A DNA stretch of 64,000 nucleotides, from positions 46,438,001-46,502,000 of the forward strand of contig OX597827.1 of assembly GCA_951406725.2 (NCBI GenBank). Reading direction: 5' to 3'. The number at the start of each line of letters is the position of its first letter. Within the stretch, counting starts at the first letter, position 1. The notes beneath the pieces are model-generated. The model was not told where the DNA came from, searched no databases, and worked only from the letters and a program-made list of their open reading frames with translations. This document shows, piece after piece, positions 1-12,328 of the stretch. This DNA is from Octopus vulgaris (Eukaryota). Position numbers and translations under genes: made by a program.

Positions 1-29
1 TCGGTTGTCAGGTAATGCTAGGGGGACAA

Positions 30-94
<65 letters not shown>

Positions 95-261
95 TACGAC
101 AGGCTTCTTTCAGTTTCCGTCTACCAAATCCATTCACAAGGCATTGGTCGGCCCGGGGCTATAGCAGAAGACACTTGCCCAAGATGCCACGCAGTGGGAC
201 TGAACCCGGAACCATGTGGTTGGTTAGCAAGCTACTTACCACACAGCCACTCCTGCGCCTA
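1..261 (-). mobile_element. tRNA-derived SINE family A (3' part runs off the window)
   Basis: Minus strand begins GGCGCAGGAGTGGCTGTGTGGTAAG (A-box-like) ... GGTTCAGTCCC (B-box-like), then the body GGATTTGGTAGACGGAAACTGAAAGAAGCC and an internal (TA)n/(TG)n run. The same sequence recurs more than 10 times in the window. Confidence 0.9.
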
Positions 262-575
262 TAAGGGGCTTTATGAAATATATGCGTACCTCTTCGTATA
301 CGGCTATGTGTATGACCATACAAGTATGTTTATACACAGAGGCGGGCATTTCAAGAAATAGCAGCTTCTTTCGCATTGTTTGGCTTTTTCTCTGTCCTAA
401 ATAACGCATCAACCTTAAACCAATACAATTAACAATAACAATAAGCTTCGCCTTTTTTTAATTGTTTAGTCCTTCCGACTGTTTTTGGAGTACCTAATTC
501 TTGGATTTCTCTCTGCCATTGGATTGTGCCAACCTTTTATTCATTCGGGGTACGCCATTCCTGCACCTTTGATTG

Positions 576-630
<55 letters not shown>

Positions 631-764
631 TTGTGTTGTCTGTGTGTGTGTGTATAGCCTATAGGGTTTTCATTGCGCCCAGCTGGCAACATTAATTCTG
701 TATTATATATATATGTGTGTATGTGTATGTATGCATATATACATATAAATATGTGTATTATATA

Positions 765-816
<52 letters not shown>

Positions 817-1138
817 TATACACATACATATATACACACACGCACACATACGCATATATATATATGCAAGCACACGCACACACACACATATATATATGCA
901 TATACACACATAGATACAAGCATGCATATTATATACGGAGTACGAGGTGTATTTGAGGACACATTATTACCAGTATGTTGCTCTCTCCAAACCAATTAAC
1001 AGGTTCTATTTCTTTCAAATTTTACCATAGGCAGATAAGAATGCTCACACAAGAAATGAGAAGACATGCATCGTTGCCATATGTACGGCAAACAGTGATT
1101 TGGAAATCCGCCAACGTTCTAAATGTTGCAAGACCTTT

Positions 1139-1416
1139 TTGTGGGAAGCCTGTTGTTAGAACTCTGTTGTGGGAAGCCTGTTGGAGGAGGCCTGTTGTAG
1201 GAAGCCTGTTGTGGGAAACCTGTTGTAGGAAGCCTGTTGTGAGAAGCCTGTTGTGGGAAGCCTGTTGTAAGAAGCCTGTTGTGGGAAGCCTGTTGAGGGA
1301 AGCCTGCTGTAGCAAGCCTGTTGTGGGAAGCCTGTTGTGGGAGGCCTGCTGTGGGATGCCTGTTGTGGGAAGCCTGTTGTATGAAGCATGTTGTGGGAAG
1401 CCCGTTGTAGGAAGCC
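1139..1416. repeat. 14-bp minisatellite (GGGAAGCCTGTTGT)n, about 20 units
   Basis: Directly visible periodicity. It explains ORFs 975..1457 and 1022..1435. Confidence 0.95.
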
Positions 1417-1535
1417 CCGAAAGGATGAAAGGCAAAGTCGACCTCGGCGGAATTTGAACTCAGAACGTAACGGTAGACGAAATACGGCTACGCATTTCGC
1501 CCGGCGTGCTAACGTTTCTGCCAGCTCGTCGCCTT
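1415..1535 (-). mobile_element. SINE family B, 3'-truncated
   Basis: Minus strand GGCGACGAGCTGGCAGAAACGTTAGCACGCCGGG...GAGTTCAAATTCC...GTCGACTTTGCCTTTCATCCTTTCGGGG, then the minisatellite. Confidence 0.9.
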
Positions 1536-1781
1536 ACGTGCACGAATTATTGACTAAAATGGATTTGTTTTTTGCCGGATTAAATTACCAACTATGTCTT
1601 CAAGTACATCTTGCATCTTGTGCATATACACATATATATATATATGTATATGTGTGTATGTACATACATGTGTGTGTGTGCGTGTGTCTGTGAGAGAGTG
1701 AGAGAGAGAGAAATTGTTAATTCGAAGTTTAATATAGGGATGGACTTTACAAACTGTAAAACGTGTAAAATATAAAATATA

Positions 1782-1843
<62 letters not shown>

Positions 1844-1938
1844 ATCCAAACATGAAAACACAAAGAGAAAACACAACAACGCGAGACACACATATGAACA
1901 TATACACACACTCACACACGCACACGCACACATACATG

Positions 1939-1995
<57 letters not shown>

Positions 1996-2024
1996 TGTAT
2001 GTATGTGTGTGTGCATGTGTATGT

Positions 2025-2071
<47 letters not shown>

Positions 2072-2541
2072 GATGTTCGCAATGGAAAAAAACGATTGTT
2101 TAGTTGGAATTAACATTAAGCCCCCTATTAACTTAGCATTGCCCTTTACACTCCTTTTGAGCAATATGAAGCAGTCATTTTATCATTGAGACTTTAGACA
2201 AATAAAGTTTCGCATTTATTAATTTTGTCTGAAAAACAATATTCCATTGTCCTTTAATTATAATAACTATTATACTAAATTAAATCAATTTATTCACAAT
2301 ATGCAATATTATGGACAGACACTAGAATTTAGCGGCCTTCTCACTTGATATAATCAATTAACCATTTAACTTCTTCCAGAAACTTCCTTACAGAGCTGTT
2401 CATCCTTTATACTACTAAAACTCAATTCTTGTCAGTTTGAAATATTATCCCATTGCCTTTCTTGTTAAATTACTCCCTAATATTTCTTGTCCTCAAAATG
2501 TATTTTCATTTGCACCACGCACACGGCATTATTCAAAACAC

Positions 2542-2737
2542 TGGAAGACGGCGGACTGGCAGAAACGTTAGCATATCGGGTGAAATGCTTAGAGGTATTT
2601 CGTTTGTCGCCACGTTCTGAGTTCAAATTCTGCCGAGGTCGGCTTTGCCTTTCAGCCTTTCGGGGTCGATGAAATAAGTATTTGTTACGCCCCCTTCCCC
2701 TAACAATTTTCAAGCCCTTGTACCTAGAGTAGAAATA
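2542..2737 (+). mobile_element. SINE family B with 14-bp TSD
   Basis: TSD ATTATTCAAAACAC at 2528-2541 and 2738-2751. The paralogous host repeat near 14012-14040 carries a single copy (empty site). Confidence 0.9.
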
Positions 2738-2983
2738 ATTATTCAAAACACCAAAATCTCGAATATTAAATTTCTTGTTTCTTATTTGCTATGACCTTCT
2801 CTGTCTTAAACTTGATAACCTTCATCCTGGTTGTTTTTTACCGGCTTTGACCATTTCATCAAATAGCACCAAACACCAGCTTCTAACCTTTCCACAATCC
2901 CGCCTAACTATTACCTTACGCCAACCTCGGTATTCTTTACCTGGATATAAATACATATATTTTTATTAGCTATATATAAATAG

Positions 2984-3991
2984 TTGTAGGTGCATATGGC
3001 AAGTTTAGTCCTGTTCCATGACGGCTTTCGTTCCCACCGACATAGCTCTACTGTCATCACCCATACGAGTGCCGGTCGAGAAGGGAGTGAAGCAAGGAGA
3101 TACAATCTCCCCAAAACTTTTCACTGCATATCTCGAACAGATCATCAGAGGCATCGAATGGCAAGGTGGTTTCAGCATCAATGGCGAGCTCCTCACTCAC
3201 CTCCGTTTCGCTGACGACATCGTACTCATCGCTGAAAACATGGATCAGCTTCAGACCATGCTGACGGAGCTCGACATCAAAAGTTCTCCAGTAGGTCTCA
3301 AGATGAACCGCATGAAAACAAAGTTCATGCGGTCAGACAACGTACCAACAGGTCGAATGGTGATCGACAGTGATGAAATAGAGGAGGTGAGAGAATATGT
3401 CTACCTGGGACAGGAAGTAAATATGTGCCGGGATATCAAAAAGGAGATCTCACGAAGAGTAAGGGCCGGATGGAAGGCATTCAATGGCATAAGGGATGTG
3501 CTCAAGGGAAGGTTAGACAGGACCACCCGCGCCAACCTCATTAACAGTGCAGTTCTGCCTGCAATGTTATATGGTAGTGAAACATGGGCTACCACAAAGA
3601 GAGAAGAGCAAAGACTGATAACGGCTCAAAGAGCCATGGAAAGGTCAATGCTTGGTATCTCGTTGAGAGAGCACATAAATAGCAACATCATCAGAAAGAA
3701 GTCCGGCGTGAGAGATGTCATCGCAGAGTATACTCGCAGCAAGTATAGATGGGCTGGACACGTCGCCCGGCTCATCGATAATCGGTGGACGCACGCAGTT
3801 GTCGAGTGGTACCCGCGTGAGCGGAAAAGAGCACCCGGAAGACCTCCACGACGGTGGAGTGACGATTTCAAGAGGACGATTGGGATCACGTGGATGAGAA
3901 AGGCGCGATCCAGAGAGGAGTGGACAGCGTGCTGTGACCAACGGTGTCAAATGGACACCTGACGGACTGGTCGGTCAAAGTGATCAAAGTG
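2984..3991 (+). mobile_element. RTE-clade LINE, 5'-truncated, young insertion with 12-bp TSD
   Basis: TSD ATATATAAATAG at 2972-2983 and 3992-4003. The 3' end is a short tandem repeat (CAAAGTGAT)2, as typical of RTE. An empty paralogous site lies near 14281-14345. Confidence 0.92.
3018..3962 (+). pseudogene. C-terminal half of RTE reverse transcriptase (open 314-aa frame, 5'-truncated)
   Basis: Motifs KGVKQGDTISPKLF, LRFADD, YVYLGQ, LYGSETW, RWAGHVAR and GRPPRRW. Confidence 0.93.
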
Positions 3992-4047
3992 ATATATAAA
4001 TAGAGATAAAAGGGAAAACATTCCATTCCATTAATCAAATAATACAA

Positions 4048-4080
<33 letters not shown>

Positions 4081-4758
4081 TATATATAGATATAGATATA
4101 TACATACATGCATACCTACATACACACACACTTCACACTTCGTTCTTTCCACTCTTCTTTCTTTCGTTCCCCCATCTCACATTTCCTGGCTTTCTCTTCA
4201 TTCTCACCTTCCCTCCTCTTTCCCTTCACTCTGTCCCTTTCCTTCTTTTTTTCTTGTCCCTCCCTAATTCTTCTATCCCTCTGCCTTTACCGCTCTCCTC
4301 TCTCTCCATGTGACCGTTGTTCGGCTAAACCTGACTTTTCTTTCTTGGTTCGACTACCATCCGTGCAACATCTATATTCCTCCTCATGCCTGTCATCTCT
4401 TATGTTCCTTCCACACACGACAGCTTAATTTAATTCGTCCTTAGTCGAAAGACACGTGTTGTTATGTCCTGTTATTTGCATTTGTATTTGTTTACCATTT
4501 CTCCATTTTCTTTTTCCATCCCTGTTTTCGTATACATTTTCTGGTTTCTTCCAAGGAATCTAGTGCTCTTAGCTTGGTTTTTCCTTGGGGCTGGTCAGAT
4601 TGGAGCAATCTCGAGTATAACCAGCCGAAATTGCAAAGATAATCTGGAACTCGACTGAGGAAAGAAAACTTCGAATAACCCATCCATATTTTTTCTTGTC
4701 CCAAAATTGTATCATCTGTCTGGATGTTTTGCTTTCGTGTTCCATTTTTGTATTCCTT

Positions 4759-4834
<76 letters not shown>

Positions 4835-5014
4835 TGTCTGTGTCTGTGTGTATCATTTATTTGAAATTTAGGCTACTCTTAGTTTCATGTTAAGGCACTA
4901 GGATATTCTACATTTTTTGGCGCACGAAACCAATGGTAGCCTCATTTTACAAATAAAGAAATTATATATCCACCAATGCGGTGTTGAGCACTCATTTCAT
5001 CGTTCTATATTTAC

Positions 5015-5064
<50 letters not shown>

Positions 5065-5134
5065 ATATAGATACACACACACACATTTATATATGATGAG
5101 GACAAATATCCGTCAAATGTAAATAATGTAGATG

Positions 5135-5368
5135 ATTTGTTTATAATGATCAAATGTTTGTGTTCACATGAGCTCACTCCCTCCATCAGAACGACGTTAC
5201 CCGTACAGGTACACCGTGTGTCATATGTCAAATGTCGAAATGATCGCAGAGCGACGTAAAATGAAGTGCTTTGCTCAAGAACACAACGTAACATCCGGTC
5301 TGGGAATTGAAAGCATGACCTCGCAATCGTTAGTGCAACACCCTAACCACTACGCCATGTGCCTCCAC
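5135..5368 (-). mobile_element. tRNA-derived SINE (C/D-like head, distinct tail)
   Basis: Minus strand GGAGGCACATGGCGTAGTGGTTAGGGTG...TTCAATTCCCAGACCGG...GTTGTGTTCTTGAGCAAAGCACTT. Confidence 0.75.
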
Positions 5369-5402
5369 TCACACACACACACACAAACACACACACATAC
5401 AC

Positions 5403-6879
<1,477 letters not shown>

Positions 6880-7504
6880 CGCACACACACTCATACACAT
6901 ACATATATACACGCATACCTACATTTTTGCATACTTGCACACATTTACACATATGTGGATATGTGTGTATATATGTGGATGGGGTGTATGTATTCGTGTA
7001 AATTCACAAAGAGTTCAGGTACGTGGGTACGCATTCGTAAAAACACAGATTAGCGGTATGATCTCATCCACCGCATTACTGACCTTTAAAGCACCAACCG
7101 TTCCACCTCCCCCATAAAACTACACTTATGCCGGCCAACATCATCCTCACTTCCTCTACACATACCTCCACCATCTCTCCCTCTCCCTCATTGTCTTTCT
7201 TGCTCTGTATCGCCTTTCTCTTTCCCATCTCCTCATCAATCCGGCGTCCTTCACCTAGGACTCCGCCAATCTCTGGGGTTAATATCATATTTAATATATA
7301 TTTAATACGCATATAATATTTTGCCCGTGCCGTAAGAAGGCTGGCCATGAAATCGACTGACACGAATGTGTGACCTCGAGATGGGATTAAATACCCACTC
7401 TCTCTTCTCCATTCTCTCTTTCTCTGTGCCTCCTCTCTCTCACTGTACATGTGTGTGTATGTGTGTGTGTGTGAGCCTGTATGGACTCTTAACCCCCTTT
7501 TTAA

Positions 7505-7551
<47 letters not shown>

Positions 7552-7573
7552 CATATGTATGTATGTATGTATA

Positions 7574-7893
7574 CAGTAGAACCTCGGTTTTCGAACAACT
7601 CTGATCACGAATAAATCATACTTTATCTCCTGTCTTTCTCATATTCATTTTATACAGTAGTACCTCGATTAACACACTCACCGGTAAAATTTCCACTCAT
7701 TCCTTATTTTAATTTTCCTAAAATTTTCGTTGCGTCTTGCAACCTTTTCAATAGTCTTGGCTCTAAGTGGTAATTGTACCGGTGAGAGTGTTAAATTATA
7801 AGACACAAAAAGATAATGACTCTCCCCAGACACAAGAGAATATGCTTCAACACACGAACTCATAAAGAATCGTGCAAACCAAATCCAAAAACG

Positions 7894-7927
<34 letters not shown>

Positions 7928-7974
7928 CACGATTTATTCGAGATCAGAGCTGTTTGAAAACCGAGGTACTACTG
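7574..7974. mobile_element. pogo/Tigger-like MITE
   Basis: 44-bp TIRs CAGTAGAACCTCGGTTTTCGAACAACTCTGATCACGAATAAATC (4 mismatches) with TA on both sides. Contains a nested piece (about 7670-7895) of the element seen at 63158-63469. Confidence 0.85.
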
Positions 7975-8569
7975 TATATATATATCTCCTTCTCAGTATG
8001 TGTTTATACATAGATATGTATATATGAGTAAATCTATTTCTCGCCCCCCCACTCACTCTCTATCTCTCTGTATAAATATATATATATATATATATATATC
8101 CCCCTCTCTCTCTACCACACTACCACCAATGCCACTATCACTTAATACCACCTCCATTCATGCCATCTGCACCAACTGCGTCATCTAGCTAATGAGGGTA
8201 ATGAGAGATAAGCAACCAAATCTCCTTCAAAGCACACCAAATCGTTTTTAAGAAAGAAAGAAAGAAAGAAACATTGGATGATAACGCCATCCTAGATACG
8301 CTAACTCTGAATAAATCAGATAGGGTGGTCGCCTGCAGAACGCTTTTGATAATAGGCTTGTTGAATATGGACGACCGAAGACTTATAAACAACAAAAATA
8401 ATAATGGTCTCAAATTTTGGCACAAGGCCAGCAATTTGGGGGAAGGGGTGAGGCGATTACATCGATTCCTGTGTTCAACTAGTGCTTATTTTATCGACCC
8501 TGAAAGAATGAAGGGCAAAGCCGACCTCGATGGAATTTGAACTCAGAACGAAAAGACAGACGAAATACT

Positions 8570-8678
8570 CCAGTTCTATATTTAAGAGATGAGGAATTAT
8601 GTACAATATTTACATTGAGCGCGGGCTACTAACCCCAAGATTCCGAGTTTGATTCCAAGCAGTGACCTGAACACTAAC

Positions 8679-8736
<58 letters not shown>

Positions 8737-8884
8737 TCGAAAAATACCTTAGGAATGAGAACCCAGATTCGAAATTTCCCGAAGACACCTGAAGAAAGCT
8801 GGAAGGTATATCAACTGAAACGTTGTATTAACAACAAACAAGATAGGACAAATATCCGTTGAATGTAAATAATGTAAATAATGT
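8570..8884 (+). mobile_element. Short element: tRNA-like head, (AAT)n, hammerhead-like motif, inverted terminus; 12-bp TSD; inserted in a SINE B
   Basis: TSD AGACGAAATACT at 8558-8569 and 8885-8896. Anticodon/T-arm-like segment at 8617-8668. Hammerhead-like core at 8785-8828. Confidence 0.75.
8785..8828 (+). ncRNA. Degenerate minimal type I hammerhead ribozyme motif (Penelope-type)
   Basis: ACAC-CTGAAGA-A-AGCTG(GAAGGTATAT)CAACT-GAAA-CG-TT-GTAT. One mismatch in each of stems I and II. Confidence 0.6.
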
Positions 8885-8944
8885 AGACGAAATACTATGA
8901 AAGATTCTGCCAGCTCGCCGTTTTAACAACTACAAGAGCTATAA

Positions 8945-9175
8945 AGGCGGCGAGCAGGCAGAATCCTTAACACACCGGGCGAAATGCTTAGCGGTATTTC
9001 GTCTGCCGTTACGTTCTGAGTTCAAATTCTGCCGAGGTCGACTTTGCCTTTCATCCTTTCGGAGTCGATAAATTAAGTGCCAGTTACGTACTGGGGTCGA
9101 TGTAATCGACTTAATCCCTTTGTCTGTCCTTGTTTGTCCCCTCCATGTTTAGCCTCCTGTGGACAATAAAGAAAT
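8945..9175 (+). mobile_element. SINE family B, full length (short tail variant)
   Basis: GGCGGCGAGC...GAGTTCAAATTC...GCCTTTCATCCTTTCGGAGTCGATAAATTAAG...AATAAAGAAAT. Confidence 0.9.
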
Positions 9176-9522
9176 ATATAATATTACGGCTACCAACACC
9201 GCCGGTCAGTGACTGACCATTGAGTACTATTCTTGATGGCAAAGGATTCGTTATTGCTTAGTCAAGACGTGAGTCTGTACCCATGTCTCTCTACAGGGCC
9301 TCCGAGAATCTTGGAGGGGATGAAGTTATCCAGAACAGGAGGTCAAGTGGCATGCATGCAATTGAGGGGGACTCTGCTAAAAGCGCCCAAGGACCAGAAG
9401 ATAGAGCTAAACAGGTGACGGATTAAGATTACTACCCAAACAGGATTACTTGAACTCCCAGCGCAAAGGGCCAAACTTTTTAACATCATAACGATTTTTG
9501 GTTGTAATTTATTTATCGATAC

Positions 9523-9726
9523 AATGCGGCGAGCGGCAGAAACGTTAGTACGCTGGACGAAATGCTTTCGTCTGTCTTTGCGTTCTGACTTCAAATTCCG
9601 CCGAGGTTGACTTTGCCTTTCATCCTTTCAAGGTCGATAAATTAAGTACCAGTTGCGTACTGGAGTCGTTCTAATCGACTGGCCCCCTCCCGAAAAATTT
9701 CGGGCCTTGTGCCTAGAGTAGAAAAG
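9523..9726 (+). mobile_element. SINE family B with 17-bp TSD
   Basis: TSD AATTTATTTATCGATAC at 9506-9522 and 9727-9743. Confidence 0.9.
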
Positions 9727-10575
9727 AATTTATTTATCGATACCGGAAGGATAAAAGACAAATTCGTACTTGGCTGGATTTGAACTCAGAATTCAAAAAG
9801 ACAAAATACATACTATAAGAATTGTTAGGCGGGTACTCTAACAATTCTGCCAACTGGCCGCCCACTTAACCACTCAACAAAAATAAAACTGTTTTTTGGT
9901 TTATTTTTTTTTTCAACACTGTTAATAGTTGCGCCTTGCTTCCTTCAGACAGTCGACTTCAAATTCTCAGTCGGGGATTCAACAATAAAAAAGCGATAAA
10001 ATAATTTATACTATATGAAACTTATCTTCATTTCACGAAGGAACTGAGAAGAATGGCTTGACGCCATTGCTTTTGATTTAACACCGAAGTAAACCATCCC
10101 TAGTGTTCTCGATCCAACCACGGGGCCCATTTATATGGTCGTTCAGCATGCGAGAAATAGCTACGAAATCTTCAAATTACATTCTGTCGTCTAATAAACA
10201 AAGGACACGCTGGATAAGGCGGTCACGGGTTCCCCACGCTTGAGAAAAAGACGAGACTGTCACGACTGGGACGCCCATCACCATAGATCTGCTTGATCTC
10301 TGTTGAGTGACTGCGAGGATGCTTTTGATAATCAGCCAGCTCAGTCAGGGCTGATCTCATTTAAACCACCACCACAACAATTTGGTCTTCTTTCACACAA
10401 CAATGCTAAAAAGAATTATATTGCTTTGCAACTCTAGCCAAAGGCCACAAATTTTAGACCCTTAGGTTGATACCAAATAACAAGGCATTCGTCCAGCGTT
10501 CTGTTGATCCAACCAATTCCGTCCTCTGATAATTGTAATAATCGCTCACTTTAGCGAAATTCATATTTTTCAAAT

Positions 10576-10973
10576 GCTAACAGTATCGCCCGGCGTTGCT
10601 CTGGTTTGTTTCGACACTTTAGAATTGGAATTTTTGGAAAGTAAAAATTTTGCATTATGTAGCTTGTTATTTATTCTCTTTAAGTGAACATTTTTCTGGT
10701 TGAAATACACCGAAAAATGGCGACACAGCAGTCAAAAAGTCGTAAAAACTAGGGATTTTCATAGAAATAAAGCACCTTTTTGATGTAAATAATTTTTGGT
10801 CTTAACATGGTCCGATATGAATTTTTTCTTCTACGGAAGGAAGAGCAAGCGTTCTTCTATCATAATCTCAATTTTGGTCAACTTGCGCCGCAGAGTCTGG
10901 GAGGAGATAGTGTTAGTTGAAGGCTACCAAACCTGCCATACACAGACAACTTCAGCTTTATATATAGAGAGAT
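10576..10973 (+). mobile_element. Non-autonomous Helitron/Helentron-like element
   Basis: 5' (A)CTA(G)CAGTATCGCCCGGCGTTGCTC and 3' CAACTTCAGCTTTATATATAGAGAGAT. The same termini occur at 47186-47490. Confidence 0.6.
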
Positions 10974-11986
10974 GTCCGCCGTACTGTTTTCCCGCCATTG
11001 CAACCAGTCATAAAACTAACTGCCCTTCCTTTCCAAAGGAAGTGACCGGGAGCGTTTTACTCGACCGAGAACCGTACACCGTAATTCCATAAGTCAATCA
11101 TCTTCAAATCCTGGAGGAACGTGTAGTGGAGAGTTTGGCTTGTTATCTGATTTCCTCGCATAAGGCCGACTGATGGTACTATTGAATCCATAGAGTATAT
11201 TTCTATTCAGCAAACCTCCTTAGTAGCACTGCTAGATCAAGTGCCTTCACGAATTAACCATAATCCTCGATGACTTCAGAGTCCTCCGGATGAACATACT
11301 AAATACATCCTCGTCGACAAAATTCACCAACCAGTCGGACGTCACTCTTTATCCAATGTTAATCCTCTTTAGAATGCAATGATGAATGTTTCGCTGGCCA
11401 CATTGCCTATTTGTTGGGTTGCGAACGCCTGACAATAATTTCAGATAACCCAACGCCTGTCCACGATGTACACATCATTTGGGTTAGATTGCAGCTCAGT
11501 CGAAGAAACGACGAGCTGTGGAAGGACGAATTTAACATTTGCTCATTTGGTTTAATATATTATGGACGTACGACAATCAAGGGTGGAGATGGGGAAAAGT
11601 GAATTTCTAAAGATCCGCCCACCATTTATAATAGTTCATACTTTGAGATTTAGTCCTAAATCAGCCCAGATCGATTAATTATTTGATCAAAGACACTCAG
11701 CCGTGAACGTTCTATCATTTCAGGATTTCAGGGAATCCGGCAACACATTATCGAATGTGTCGTTTTAAAAGAGAAAAGAATATGATTTGAGGGAGCTCGA
11801 TTACTCGTGTCAGTCAGGAAGAAACGAATTGAAACGAATATAAAAAGTGAATGCGTGCTTACAAAATTCTTTTCCTCTGCAGATGATCGTGGCAAGCACG
11901 TGAAACATTAGATTTAATGCCTGGGGTGATTTTAATAAGCTATTAATTTTATATCTCCCAAAATAAACTGTGTTACTCTCGAGCGC

Positions 11987-12060
<74 letters not shown>

Positions 12061-12065
<5 letters not shown>

Positions 12066-12155
12066 CACACACACACAATTCCGTCCTCTGATAATTGTAT
12101 ATATATATATATATATATATACATACATACACACACACAATTCCGTCCTCTGATA

Positions 12156-12193
<38 letters not shown>

Positions 12194-12223
12194 CATACAC
12201 ACACACAATTCCGTCCTCTGATA

Positions 12224-12240
<17 letters not shown>
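12061..12240. repeat. Three copies of 24-mer CAATTCCGTCCTCTGATAATTGTA separated by (TA)n/(CA)n
   Basis: Copies at 12076, 12138 and 12206. An identical solo copy lies at 10514-10537. Confidence 0.95.
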
Positions 12241-12284
<44 letters not shown>

Positions 12285-12297
12285 GTATATTATATGC

Positions 12298-12328
<31 letters not shown>

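Noticed and set aside
975-1457. 160-aa Cys-rich repeat protein (KPVVGSLLWEACC)n
   Set aside because: Product of the 14-bp minisatellite running into a SINE.
537-2189. Many ORFs rich in YI, HT, CV, LS, RE or YLSI repeats, here and throughout the window
   Set aside because: They are translations of stop-free microsatellites and show no protein-like complexity.
2318-2540. Possible mitochondrial insertion (TGA-rich minus frame)
   Set aside because: TAA and TAG stops remain under a mitochondrial code, and no mitochondrial protein motif is recognisable.
4650-4685. Possible hammerhead CTGAGGA-AAG(AAAA)CTT-CGAAT
   Set aside because: GAAA, stem I and stem III are not satisfied. Too degenerate to call.
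12061-12240. CRISPR-like array of a 24-bp repeat
   Set aside because: The spacers are microsatellite, there are no cas genes, and the context is eukaryotic.
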